64,000 nt of DNA from an uncultured Bifidobacterium sp. (lineage in GTDB: Bacteria; Verrucomicrobiota; Verrucomicrobiia; Limisphaerales; JADLHS01), in assembly GCA_964594985.1 (NCBI GenBank), contig CAZQNQ010000010.1, positions 71,466 through 135,465 on the forward strand. The letters run 5' to 3'. Positions within the stretch are counted from its first letter, which is position 1. Every line of letters starts with the position of its first letter. A model generated the notes under the pieces. It had not been told where the DNA came from and did not search any database. It worked only from the letters and a program-made list of their open reading frames with translations. Of the stretch, positions 8,782-18,532 are shown in pieces. A program made the translations under genes and the position numbers.

Positions 8782-9435
8782 TCAATCAGCGTCGCCCGCA
8801 GCGGAGGATTTGGGCTTGGGTGTCGGTAGGGAGGCTGCCGCCGGGGCGGTTTTGGTTTCGCCCAGAAAACTTTCAAGGATCGCCAGATACCCGTCGAGTT
8901 CTTCGCTGGCATCGGCCCCGAGTTCGGCCTTGAACTTTTTCAACTGGTCGGCGGCGGCTTGCGCTTCGGCGCGGATCTGGCTTTCAGAAACTTGTCCGCT
9001 CAGGAAGCCGCCGGCGAGTTCCTGATACTTTTGCTGGGCTTGCGGTGAAGCATCCAGCAGCAGTTGCTCCTGCACCTGTCGCATCACATTCGTCGGGGCA
9101 GCCGAAGTCGGTTGCGAGCGGGCCAGCGTGGCCGCCTTGGCGGAGAACCCCGCCGGCAGCGCCGCCGTCACCACGTTCGTCGCCGGGCGTGGTGCAGTTG
9201 CGACCATGTTTGTTCCGAGCGTGAGTTGGGAAACCTTTTCCCGTGGGAGCTTGATCGTGCCGAGGATTTCATTCTTCAACACCAGCGTGTCCGGGCTCAA
9301 AGAGATGACCTGGCCGACATAACGGTCGCCATTTTTCATCTCCACTTGGTCGGCGAAAGCCTTTGTCGTGATCCCCAGCATTGAAAATCCGGCGATCACA
9401 CAACCAATCCAGCACAGGCAGGTCTTTGTTCGCAT
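8782..9435 (-). CDS. Secreted hypothetical protein
   Basis: 217 aa. N-terminal hydrophobic signal (CLCWIGCVIAGFSMLGITTKAFA) and an Ala/Gln-rich helical C-terminal half. Confidence 0.6.
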   Translation of the reverse strand: MRTKTCLCWIGCVIAGFSMLGITTKAFADQVEMKNGDRYVGQVISLSPDTLVLKNEILGTIKLPREKVSQLTLGTNMVATAPRPATNVVTAALPAGFSAKAATLARSQPTSAAPTNVMRQVQEQLLLDASPQAQQKYQELAGGFLSGQVSESQIRAEAQAAADQLKKFKAELGADASEELDGYLAILESFLGETKTAPAAASLPTPKPKSSAAGDAD

Positions 9436-9576
9436 GAGTCAACCTTACCCCCGCTGGCCCCGGACGCAATTGTTGGTTTCGGTGCGTTGTCGGCCCTTCT
9501 GACCAATCGTGGTGGGATTTTTCTTAATTTTTCCTGCCGTATCTCCTAGAGTTTCAGCGCATTCAAAACTACTGAT

Positions 9577-10863
9577 ATGAAATCTGTCCCGCTGCCCACC
9601 GCCTTGTTCACGCTCAACCGCGAACGTCTGGTCAAGGCGCTCCTGCCGCGCGCCGTCGCCGTCCTGAACGCCAACGACATCATGCCCACCAACGCCGACG
9701 GCTCGATGGCGCATCTGCAGAATGCCGACCTGTTTTATCTCACCGGCATCCGGCAGGAGGAAACCATGCTCTTGCTCGCACCGGATGCGTTCGATCCGAA
9801 CCATCGCGAAATCCTGTTCATCCGCCAGCCCAACGAGCATCTTGCGATCTGGGAAGGCCACAAACTCACCAAGGAACAAGCCACAAAAATCTCCGGCATC
9901 AAGAACGTGAAGTGGCTGTCGGACTTCCCGGCGCTCTTCCGCCAGATCGCCTGCGAGATGGATGTCATTTATCTCAACAGCAACGAACATCAACGCGCCG
10001 GCAACGAAGTCGAGACGCGCGACGAACGTTTCGTGCGCGAATGCCAGCGGATGTTTCCATTGCATCGTTACGAACGCCTCGCCCGCGTGATGCACAGTTT
10101 GCGCACGGTGAAGTCGAAGCATGAGATTGCCGCCATCCAGGCCGCCTGTAATCTCACGGGCAGGGGCTTCAAGCGCGTGTGCAAATTTCTCAAACCCGGC
10201 GTGAATGAAGCCGACGTGGAAGCCGAGTTCGCGCACGAGTTCATCCGGCACAAAGGGCAGTTCGCCTACCAGCCCATCATCGCGAGTGGCGCAAACAACA
10301 ACATCCTGCACTACAATCAAAATGATCAGCCGTGCAAAAAGGGTGAGCTGCTGCTGCTTGATGTTGCCGCGGGCCTCGGCAATTACATGAGTGATCTCAC
10401 CCGCACGATTCCTGTAAGCGGAAAATTCACGCGCCGCCAGAAACAGGTTTACAATGCCGTCCTTCGCGTCTTCCGCGCGACGACCAAAGCGATGACGCCG
10501 GGCAAGACCACCAAGGACCTCCGCACGGAGTGCGAGGAATTGCTCACGAAGGAATGCGTGGACCTCGGGCTCATCAAACCGGCGCAACTCAAGAAGGCCA
10601 CGCCGGACAATCCCGCTGTGCGCCCCTACTTCATGCACGGCGTCTCGCATCCCATCGGCCTCGATGTGCATGATGTGACCTACAACCATTTCAAGCTTGC
10701 GCCCGGCTGGGTCCTCACATGCGAGCCAGCGATCTACATCAAGGAAGAAGGTTTCGGCGTGCGCCTGGAGAACACCATCCTCGTCACTGAAACCGGTCAA
10801 CGCGATCTCATGGCCGGCATCCCCATCGAGGCCGACGCGATCGAATCGTTGATGAATCGCTGA
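9577..10863 (+). CDS. Xaa-Pro aminopeptidase (M24B family)
   Basis: 428 aa. M24 metal-ligand motifs LLLLDVAA...DLTRT, HGVSHPIGLDVHD and CEPAIY...GVRLENT. Confidence 0.88.
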   Translation: MKSVPLPTALFTLNRERLVKALLPRAVAVLNANDIMPTNADGSMAHLQNADLFYLTGIRQEETMLLLAPDAFDPNHREILFIRQPNEHLAIWEGHKLTKEQATKISGIKNVKWLSDFPALFRQIACEMDVIYLNSNEHQRAGNEVETRDERFVRECQRMFPLHRYERLARVMHSLRTVKSKHEIAAIQAACNLTGRGFKRVCKFLKPGVNEADVEAEFAHEFIRHKGQFAYQPIIASGANNNILHYNQNDQPCKKGELLLLDVAAGLGNYMSDLTRTIPVSGKFTRRQKQVYNAVLRVFRATTKAMTPGKTTKDLRTECEELLTKECVDLGLIKPAQLKKATPDNPAVRPYFMHGVSHPIGLDVHDVTYNHFKLAPGWVLTCEPAIYIKEEGFGVRLENTILVTETGQRDLMAGIPIEADAIESLMNR

Positions 10864-11054
10864 GAAAAACCCCTTCGAACCCCGACCATCATAGACTTCA
10901 TCCTTGCCCCGGGGCGGGTTGGTGTCCGCTTTCTGAACATTTCTGTCCGACATCGAAGCGGATCGGAAGGTGTCGTCAAAAATAGTTCGGCTCACCTGTT
11001 TGACCGTCAGTTCGACCGTGTTAATCTGGCAGGGTTGTCAGCCCGCGAACTGAA

Positions 11055-14000
11055 ATGAGCCTGATTCGTTTTGTACTTCTGCTCTCGGCGAGTTTATTTC
11101 TCGCAACTCCGTCTCTGCATGCCACGCCGGAAAACATCTGGCTCATCGGTGTGGATGAAGACCCGTTTTCTTCGGGCTACAATGCCACGATTGCCACGGA
11201 TGAGTTCTCGTCAGAGAATTATGTCAACGACGCACCGCCTGGAACGATTTACACCGCCGCCAATCCCGTAGTGGACGATGACTTTTATTTCCCCGGCACT
11301 TTTCCCATCGGCTTCAACAACCTGACTACGAATCGCACGGTGCTGAATGCGGAAACCAACCGCGGCTGGGAACGCGCGCTCACCGACGGCGACCGGACGA
11401 ACCGGGTTCATTTCTTTCTCACCAGCCCGCAGGCGGGTGCGCAGTCGCGACTACGTCTGAGTTTTGAGCTGATTCAAGGCGGCATCTGGCTGCCGTTGCT
11501 CGGACAGAGTGGCGAGGGTTTTGGCATCCACGACATTGCCGTGCGCTTCCGCAACAGCACTGGCACAACAACGTTGATCTACTCCAACCGGCTGGATCGG
11601 GACACGCGCATCGTCGTGGATTTCCCGGCGAGCAGCGTGGCGGCATCTGCCGGGCCAAACTCGATCGAGTTCGCACGGGTTGGACCGTTCACGGCAAACA
11701 CCGGGTATTGGATTCAATTCGATTACGCCCAACTTGAAGCCGACACCAACGCGCTCGCTGATGCGGACGGCGATGGTTTGCCGCGCTGGTGGGAGGTGGA
11801 CAACGGCCTGAGCGACACGAACGCCGCCGATGCCGCGAGCGACAAGGACGGCGATGGCCGCACGGCGTTGCAGGAATACAACAACGGCAATAACTCGACG
11901 AATCCAAATCGCGCCGACACCGATGGCGACGGCCTGAGCGACGGCATGGAGTTCGCATTGGGAACGAATCCAAACAAGACCGACACCGACGGTGATTCCA
12001 TTTCTGACGCCGACGAGGCGAATGGCTCGCCCCCCTCAAATCCGTTGCTGGTGGACTCCGACGGCGATGGCGCGCCCGATTCATTGGAGCGCCGCGTCGG
12101 AACGAATCCCTCCAGCGCCGCGAGCGTGCCGACAACTTTTCGCGGCGGCATCGGGATTCATTTCGTTTCCGAAAACGACCGCAATGCGACGCTGGACATG
12201 AACGAAACGGCCGGCGTCGTGCCACAGTTGCGCTGGAACGATACAATGCCGATTCGTGCCTGGACTCGTCCCAGCGGTGGCAAAGCCGACATCTTCACGC
12301 CACTCACGAATCAGATTGTCCGCAGTGATGGGGTGATCGCGGCAAACCTCACGTTCGCTTGGACGGCGGAAGCAACTGATGCGAGCGACAACGCCGGCTC
12401 ATCCGACCGCAAACTCATGAGCGGATTCATTCGCGCTCCCAACTCCGGTCAAGCCACGCTTACATTGAGCAACATTCCGTTCGCCAGTTACGATCTCTAC
12501 GTCATCGTCGGCGGTTCGTATGACGGGCAACGGGGACGGCTGCGCCTGAATGGAAGCAGCACCACTGACCGATTCTTCCGCACTGTCACGACTGCGCCAC
12601 AAAAGGATTTCGTCGAAATCAAACCCGGCGCGACGAATTATCCCTACGCCAACGTTGTGCTCTACACGAATCTCACCAGCAGCACGGCGACGTTGAACGT
12701 GACGAACGTGGACGGCTGGGCGGTCGGCATTCACGCGGTGCAGATCATTGATCGCAGTCTGGACTCCGACGCCTCGGGCATTCCTGACTGGTGGGAGATG
12801 AAATACGCGTTGCAACCCGGTTCAACCGCGCTGGCGGCGGCCGACACTGACGGTGATGGTTTGAGTAACCTGCAGGAGTTTCAACGCGGAACGAATCCGC
12901 GCCTCGCTGACAGTGATGGCGACGGATTGTCCGACAGTCAGGAAGTGGCGCTCGATACAAACCCGCTCAATGCCGACACGGATGGTGATGGTTTGTCCGA
13001 CGGCGCTGAAGTCAATGCGCCCATCCCGACCAATCCCAACCTCGCCGACACCGACGGTGACGGCGTCAGCGATCGCGACGAAAGCATGCGCGGCACTGAT
13101 CCGACCTACAATGCCGCCGCCGCTCCCGGTTACATCGGCGTCGTGCCGTACTTCCAAGGCTCACCGTCGCGCTGGGAATGGCGCATGGACAATATCCAAC
13201 TTGTCTGGGATCACGGCGCCGGTGCGCTTGCTCCGAACATCTGGAATGAGGATTATCTCGTCGAATTTGCCGTGAAGAATCCCGCCACGACCGACTGGCG
13301 GTCGCTCGGCATGGTGCTGCGGCACTACAACGGCGTGCTGACTTACACGTTCCATTCCGAAGTCACGGGTGCGTTCAGTTATTCAAGCCAGCCGAACAGT
13401 TCGATCTGGGATTCAGGCAGCACCGACCTGAAAGCGGGGCTTGGCTTCAGTGGTTACGGTCCGGCGGATATCTCGTCGCGACTCCAGTTCCGCGTTTTCG
13501 CCCAGCGCGGGGCGAACAGCAATTCATGGTCGGTCACCTTCACCATCACCAACCAGACGAGCAACACGTTGGTCTTGTCCCGCACGTTCAACAACTGCAC
13601 CGCGCGCGGTGCGCTTGACACCGGCACGGCGAAGTGGACCGATTACAACAACGTCACGAATCAATGCAGCATGGTCGTGCATCAGGGCGCGAAACTATTC
13701 ATCACTACGAACGTCCTGGAAAATCTCCCTGCGTTTGCCAGCGCCAAGGATTCCGACAACGACGGCATGCCCGACGTCTGGGAGGATGCGAATCTGTTCA
13801 ATAAATTCTCTGCCGCCGATGCGACCCTTGATGCGGACGGCGACGGCCTGAACAATCGCGATGAATTTTTGGCGGGAACGAACCCGCGCAATCCGGACTC
13901 CGATGGCGACGGCATCAGTGATTCGCTCGAACGCGCCAACGCCTCGAATCCATTGCTGGCGTCGAGCAAGCCTGAGTTCACCGGCCAGACTTTGCCCAGT

Positions 14001-16148
14001 GGTCAGGATCTGGACGGCAACGGTCTGCCGGATGCGTGGGAAATCCGCTATCGCGCCTTCGGACTGCCGCCGAATGGCGATGCGGATGGCGACGGTGCTT
14101 CCAATGCGCTGGAAGCCAAGTGGGGCACAAATCCCTTCGATGCCAATTCCAGACCTGCCGTCGCGATGGCGAAGCAAACGAACGATGTCGTCGTGGCCTG
14201 GCCGAACATTTCGGGTAAAGACCAGCGATTGTTTTCCAGCACGACGTTGACGAACTGGACGCAATTCGGTGGCGTGCCGTGGCTGAGTGGGAACACGGCC
14301 TTTGTCATCTTCACCAATCGTACGGCCCAGACGAATCGCGAGTTTTATCGCGTCAGCACAGACGATAAGGATACCGACGGTGACGGCGTGAAGGATTGGG
14401 ATGAATTTGTGCTGGGCAGCGATCCATTGCGCGCAAACAGCACTCGCGCCGCGCTGCCGCTGATTGCCAGCAACGGCACGGTCACGGGTTCGGTGGCGGG
14501 CGATTATGCCGCGTTTGTCCAGCAGATGCGCGGCGGGCCGGGCGGCAGCACGGGTTTGGTGACGCGGGCACAAGCGGCGCGTTTGCTTCAGCAGGCGACG
14601 TTCGGTCCGACGTTGCGCGAGTTGGATCGCGTGCAGCAACTCGGTATCGCGGCTTGGATTGACGATCAGATCACGAATGCGCCTGCCACGCTCCATCGGC
14701 CCTACATGGAACAGATCTACGCGGACTTCAACGGCCCGCGCACCGACCTCACCTATCTTTACAGCGAGATGGACGATTTCATCTTCGGCAACAACTGCAC
14801 GACACCGTTCGCGCGTGCGGCCTTGAGCGGGCCGGATCAGTTGCGACAGCGCGTGGCGTTTGCGCTGAGCCAGATCTGCGTCATCTCGCGGCGCGATCCA
14901 AATCTGGAAAACAAACCGCTCGCGGTGGCGGACTACTACGACATCTTCGTGCGCAACGCGTTTGGCAATTACTACGACGTGCTGCACGAAGTGACGTTGC
15001 ATCCGGTGATGGGCCGTTATCTCAGCCATATCGGCAATCAAAAAGCGCGGCCCGAGATCAACCAGTATCCCGACGAAAACTACGCGCGCGAAGTGCAGCA
15101 ACTTTTCACCATCGGCCTGTGGGAACTGAATCCCGACGGCACGCGCCAACTTGATGGCTTCGGCCAGCCAATCCCAACTTACGGCAACGCGCAGATCACC
15201 GAGTTCGCCCGCGTGTTCACCGGCTTGTGGTTCGGCGGCCAGTCGTGGGGCAATAATGGCTGGAGCGATGACGATTCCTCCGTGCCGATGCAGATGTGGG
15301 CGGAGAAACACGACTTCGACGCAAAGATGTTGTTGAAGGGCGCGACCATCCCCGCGCGAACCGCAACCGTGGAGAATGGCATGCGCGACATTGATGACGC
15401 CTTGCGCAACCTCTTCGAGCATCCGAACACCGGCCCGTTCATCGGCAGGCAATTGATTCAATTCCTCGTCACGAGCAATCCGTCGTCGAATTATGTCGCC
15501 CGCATCGCGGCCAAGTTTGCCAACGACGGCAGCGGCCAGCGCGGCAATCTCGCCACCGTCATCAAAGCGATCCTGCTCGACGAGGAAGCCCGTGATGCGC
15601 GGTGGTTTTTGGGCGCGCCGGAATTTGGCCGGTTGAAAGAGCCGGTGCATCGGGCGATGGCGATTGCCCGCACGGGCAATATCGGTCGCTACCCCAATCT
15701 GCTGTGGTGGACATGGGGCGATTTCAATTCCGCCGCTTTCCAAGAGCCGACGTATTCGCCGAGCGTGTTCAACTTTTTCCGGCCGAGTTATCAGCCGCCC
15801 GGCTTGCTGACGCAGGCAGGACTCGTCGGTCCGGCCTTCCAGATCACCGACAGCTATTCGAGCATCTCGTTCCCGAACAAGCTCTGGGAGATGACCCAGA
15901 CCGGCCTGAACTATTACAACACGTACAGTTTTCCGCCCGACTACGCGGACTTGTTGCCGGTGTCTGGCGATGCGGGATTGTTGGTGGATCAAGTGAACCT
16001 GCTGTTCTGCGGCGGCTCGATGTCCGCAGCGACTCGCGACAATCTCGTCAACGCCGTGAATCAAGTTGCGTCGTATGACCGCCTGCTGCGCATTCGGCTG
16101 GCGGTTTATCTGGCAGCGACGTGTCCGGAAGGAGCGGTGCAACGATGA
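11055..16148 (+). CDS. Giant secreted protein: repeated thrombospondin type-3-like Ca-binding repeats fused to a C-terminal DUF1800 domain
   Basis: Signal peptide MSLIRFVLLLSASLFLATPSLHA. Many DxDxDGxxDxxE units (DTDGDGLSDGMEF, DSDGDGLSDSQE and others) in at least five clusters. The C-terminal ~500 aa carry DUF1800-like ENYAREVQQLFTIGLWELNPDG and HPVMGRYLSHIGN. Confidence 0.85.
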   Translation: MSLIRFVLLLSASLFLATPSLHATPENIWLIGVDEDPFSSGYNATIATDEFSSENYVNDAPPGTIYTAANPVVDDDFYFPGTFPIGFNNLTTNRTVLNAETNRGWERALTDGDRTNRVHFFLTSPQAGAQSRLRLSFELIQGGIWLPLLGQSGEGFGIHDIAVRFRNSTGTTTLIYSNRLDRDTRIVVDFPASSVAASAGPNSIEFARVGPFTANTGYWIQFDYAQLEADTNALADADGDGLPRWWEVDNGLSDTNAADAASDKDGDGRTALQEYNNGNNSTNPNRADTDGDGLSDGMEFALGTNPNKTDTDGDSISDADEANGSPPSNPLLVDSDGDGAPDSLERRVGTNPSSAASVPTTFRGGIGIHFVSENDRNATLDMNETAGVVPQLRWNDTMPIRAWTRPSGGKADIFTPLTNQIVRSDGVIAANLTFAWTAEATDASDNAGSSDRKLMSGFIRAPNSGQATLTLSNIPFASYDLYVIVGGSYDGQRGRLRLNGSSTTDRFFRTVTTAPQKDFVEIKPGATNYPYANVVLYTNLTSSTATLNVTNVDGWAVGIHAVQIIDRSLDSDASGIPDWWEMKYALQPGSTALAAADTDGDGLSNLQEFQRGTNPRLADSDGDGLSDSQEVALDTNPLNADTDGDGLSDGAEVNAPIPTNPNLADTDGDGVSDRDESMRGTDPTYNAAAAPGYIGVVPYFQGSPSRWEWRMDNIQLVWDHGAGALAPNIWNEDYLVEFAVKNPATTDWRSLGMVLRHYNGVLTYTFHSEVTGAFSYSSQPNSSIWDSGSTDLKAGLGFSGYGPADISSRLQFRVFAQRGANSNSWSVTFTITNQTSNTLVLSRTFNNCTARGALDTGTAKWTDYNNVTNQCSMVVHQGAKLFITTNVLENLPAFASAKDSDNDGMPDVWEDANLFNKFSAADATLDADGDGLNNRDEFLAGTNPRNPDSDGDGISDSLERANASNPLLASSKPEFTGQTLPSGQDLDGNGLPDAWEIRYRAFGLPPNGDADGDGASNALEAKWGTNPFDANSRPAVAMAKQTNDVVVAWPNISGKDQRLFSSTTLTNWTQFGGVPWLSGNTAFVIFTNRTAQTNREFYRVSTDDKDTDGDGVKDWDEFVLGSDPLRANSTRAALPLIASNGTVTGSVAGDYAAFVQQMRGGPGGSTGLVTRAQAARLLQQATFGPTLRELDRVQQLGIAAWIDDQITNAPATLHRPYMEQIYADFNGPRTDLTYLYSEMDDFIFGNNCTTPFARAALSGPDQLRQRVAFALSQICVISRRDPNLENKPLAVADYYDIFVRNAFGNYYDVLHEVTLHPVMGRYLSHIGNQKARPEINQYPDENYAREVQQLFTIGLWELNPDGTRQLDGFGQPIPTYGNAQITEFARVFTGLWFGGQSWGNNGWSDDDSSVPMQMWAEKHDFDAKMLLKGATIPARTATVENGMRDIDDALRNLFEHPNTGPFIGRQLIQFLVTSNPSSNYVARIAAKFANDGSGQRGNLATVIKAILLDEEARDARWFLGAPEFGRLKEPVHRAMAIARTGNIGRYPNLLWWTWGDFNSAAFQEPTYSPSVFNFFRPSYQPPGLLTQAGLVGPAFQITDSYSSISFPNKLWEMTQTGLNYYNTYSFPPDYADLLPVSGDAGLLVDQVNLLFCGGSMSAATRDNLVNAVNQVASYDRLLRIRLAVYLAATCPEGAVQR

Positions 16149-16157
16149 CAAGCGAAT

Positions 16158-16255
16158 TCAACATCGAACATCCAACATCCAACGCTCAAGACCCAAGACG
16201 ACGCGCGCGTCAGCATCATTGGATGTTCGATGTTGGAAGTTGGGTGTTGGATGTT
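16158..16255. repeat. Periodic-arm hairpin repeat (ACATCCAAC units; family E)
   Basis: AACATCGAACATCCAACATCCAAC... faces ...TTGGATGTTCGATGTTGGAAGTTGGGTGTTGGATGTT. A second copy at 57439-57533. Fills the DUF1800-DUF1501 spacer. Confidence 0.75.
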
Positions 16256-16269
16256 TCCCCTTTTGCCTT

Positions 16270-17733
16270 ATGAAACCCATTTCCCGCCGTGGCTTTCTCA
16301 AACAACTGAACTGCGCTGCCGTCGGCACGTCGGCGATCCTCAACACGCTGCTCAATCTCAAGCTGGCCAACAGCGTCGCCGCGCAGGGCGGACCGCTCGA
16401 CAACAAAGCGCTCGTCTGCATTTTTCTCAGCGGCGGCATGGACTCGTTCAACCTGCTCGTCCCGTGGGAACAGTCGGCTTACAACACTTACTCGGTAACC
16501 CGTGGCGCTTTCGGCAGCGACGGCGGCCTCGCGCTCAATCGTAATGCGCTGCGCCAACTCGCCGCGCCCTCGGCAAACTTCGGGCTGCATCCGTCGTGCG
16601 TAAACTTGCAGGCGATGGCCAATGGCACCGGCGCATTCTCGGGCAAGCGGCGGCTTTCGTTTGTTTCCAATGTCGGCACGCTGGTGCAGCCGATCACCAA
16701 GGCACAGTTCAACGCGTGGGAAAACGGCCAGAACGCGGCGCTGCCTGTGCCGAAGGCGTTGTTCTCGCACAGCGATCAGATCGAGCAATGGCAGACCGCC
16801 GTGCCGCAGGGGTTGGCGCAGTTGAGCGGTTGGGCGGGACGTTGCGCGGATATTTTGCACGCCTACTACAACTCGGGAAACAACTCGATGAGCATTTCGC
16901 TCGGCGGCAACAACGTGTTTCAGGTTGGCAACACGACACAACAATTCGTGATCACGCCGGGCGGCGCGTTGTCGTTCGAAGGGAACACCGGCGGCGCGAA
17001 CCCGAATCCGCTCCAGATCAAGAACGCGGCGTTGCGCAATACGCTCGACCAGACTTACACGAATCTGCTGACCGAAAGTTTTTCCCAGCTCACCCGCCAG
17101 AGCGATGACGCGCAGTTACTGTTTCAGACCCAGTTTGATTCTGACGCCGCCAAACTTGGCCCAATGGTGGACGCATTGTTCCCAACGACGAATTATGTCG
17201 CTACGACGCTCAAGGCGGTGGTGAAAACAATTAAGATCCGCAGCCAGCTTGGGCTCCGCCGGCAGACATTCTTCGTGCAATACGGCGGCTGGGATCATCA
17301 CGGCGAATTGCTCAACACGCAGGCGGGAATGCTTGCTTACCTTGATACAGCCATCGGCGCGTATCAGCAGGCGCTCGAAATGCTCGGATTGCAGGACGAC
17401 GTCATCACCTTCACGGCATCGGATTTCAGTCGCACGCTCCGCTCAAACGGTCGCGGCACGGACCACGCCTGGGGCGCAAACGCGATGGTCTTCGGCGGCA
17501 AGATTGATGGCGGCAAAGTCTTCGGCTCGTATCCCGACCTGACGTTGGATGGGCCGAACGATGTGGGTCGCGGCGGACGCTTGCTGCCCAGCACGGCGGC
17601 GGACTTGTATTTCGCGGAATTGCTGCGCTGGTTTGGCGTCGCCCCGGGGAACATGCCTTACGTGCTGCCAAACGTGGCGAACTTTTGGAATCCCAATTCG
17701 GGAACTGCACCGCTAGGCTTCGTGGCGTCATGA
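16270..17733 (+). CDS. DUF1501 domain-containing protein (Tat-signal, sulfatase-like fold)
   Basis: Start chosen at MKPISRRGFLKQLNCAAVGTS (twin-arginine signal). GGWDHHG and GRGTDHAWG motifs. Canonical partner of DUF1800. Confidence 0.88.
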   Translation: MKPISRRGFLKQLNCAAVGTSAILNTLLNLKLANSVAAQGGPLDNKALVCIFLSGGMDSFNLLVPWEQSAYNTYSVTRGAFGSDGGLALNRNALRQLAAPSANFGLHPSCVNLQAMANGTGAFSGKRRLSFVSNVGTLVQPITKAQFNAWENGQNAALPVPKALFSHSDQIEQWQTAVPQGLAQLSGWAGRCADILHAYYNSGNNSMSISLGGNNVFQVGNTTQQFVITPGGALSFEGNTGGANPNPLQIKNAALRNTLDQTYTNLLTESFSQLTRQSDDAQLLFQTQFDSDAAKLGPMVDALFPTTNYVATTLKAVVKTIKIRSQLGLRRQTFFVQYGGWDHHGELLNTQAGMLAYLDTAIGAYQQALEMLGLQDDVITFTASDFSRTLRSNGRGTDHAWGANAMVFGGKIDGGKVFGSYPDLTLDGPNDVGRGGRLLPSTAADLYFAELLRWFGVAPGNMPYVLPNVANFWNPNSGTAPLGFVAS

Positions 17734-18308
17734 AGCGCCTGCTGTTCGCCCTGCTATTCCTGCCGGTTCTGCTCGTCCTCATTTTTCTGCTGACGCAGAT
17801 GCGTTGGAAATGGTCCAAGCCTGCCGGGAAAACGGGCGTTGTCCCCAAATTGATCGCCAGCAATGCCACCGCCCAAACGCTGGCTGCTCCAGTCGTGAAA
17901 CCGGAAGGCGAATTGCTCGGAGAAACCATCCTGCGGGGCTACGCCGACACCAACCTCCCTCCCGAGAACGATCTCACGCTCATGTCGCGATTGATGGAGA
18001 ACTCGCTGCTGTTGCTGAAGTCGGCGGCGAATCGGCCGTTGAGCGCGAACGAGGACTGGGCGGATCTGTTGCGTGGCAAGAATGCGGCGCATGAAGAATT
18101 TTTGCCCGCGCAGCACGTTGCGTTGAATGATAAGGGGCAACTCATTGATCGTTGGCAGACGCCGCTGTTCTTCCATGCACTCGGCGGCGGACGATATGAA
18201 ATCCGCTCTGCCGGGCCGGACAAAGCAATGTGGACACCGGATGACATTCAGCGGAACTCCAACGGGACATTTCTGCGGGGAACGCCTCAATCTTCTGCAC
18301 CGCGTTGA
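17730..18308 (+). CDS. Membrane-anchored hypothetical protein with a GspG-like C-terminal motif
   Basis: The ATG overlaps the DUF1501 stop (ATGA). N-terminal TM MKRLLFALLFLPVLLVLIFLL. C-terminal DRWQTPLFFHALGGGRYEIRSAGPDKAMWTPDDI resembles the pseudopilin G C-terminal pattern. Confidence 0.6.
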   Translation: MKRLLFALLFLPVLLVLIFLLTQMRWKWSKPAGKTGVVPKLIASNATAQTLAAPVVKPEGELLGETILRGYADTNLPPENDLTLMSRLMENSLLLLKSAANRPLSANEDWADLLRGKNAAHEEFLPAQHVALNDKGQLIDRWQTPLFFHALGGGRYEIRSAGPDKAMWTPDDIQRNSNGTFLRGTPQSSAPR

Positions 18309-18366
18309 ATGCCCCCGTGACTTGCCGTCTTCAGGTTCTGCGATGCGGAAAGCGGTGCTAAAGCCA

Positions 18367-18429
18367 CCGCAATCCAGACGCTTCGCGGGGTCGAAAACGC
18401 TTGGCGGTCGCGAAGCGTCTGGACTGCGG
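18367..18429. repeat. Hairpin repeat CCGCAATCCAGACGCTTCGCG / CGCGAAGCGTCTGGACTGCGG
   Basis: 21-nt arms, nearly perfectly complementary, flanked by two short GC hairpins (GCGGTG..CACCGC and GCGGCG..CGCCGC). Confidence 0.7.
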
Positions 18430-18532
18430 CGTGTTCACCGCCGCTCTCGAATGGCTGATGACATGCGGGTTGCTAAATCGCAAGGATTTCTGGCTCGCGA
18501 TGCTCCCCTGCCCTCGCTAGCGTTCCGACATT

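Noticed and set aside
7648-8829. 393-aa plus-strand ORF spanning several minus-strand genes
   Set aside because: It crosses trxA, the 111-aa gene, the AT-rich spacer and the Rrf2 gene on the opposite strand. It has no motif support, and the minus-strand genes are well supported.
9445-10995. 516-aa minus-strand ORF
   Set aside because: It is antisense to the well-supported Xaa-Pro aminopeptidase gene, which has clear M24 motifs. The composition is Arg/Asp/Gly-rich, so I treat it as a shadow ORF.
13695-16151. 818-aa ORF on the minus strand
   Set aside because: It is entirely antisense to the DUF1800 part of the 11055..16148 gene. The translation is Arg/Ala/Gly-rich with no recognisable motifs. 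This is a typical shadow ORF of a GC-rich coding region.
16066-16269. N-terminal extensions of track ORFs that read through repeats (here 16066-16269; likewise 21400-21489, 25025-25165, 31850-32065 and 26653-26700) or through the preceding gene (28286-28774, 29736-29900 and 59424-59636)
   Set aside because: The extended regions translate repeat elements or overlap the preceding gene in another frame. Internal Met codons with signal peptides, Tat motifs or conserved N-termini give better starts.
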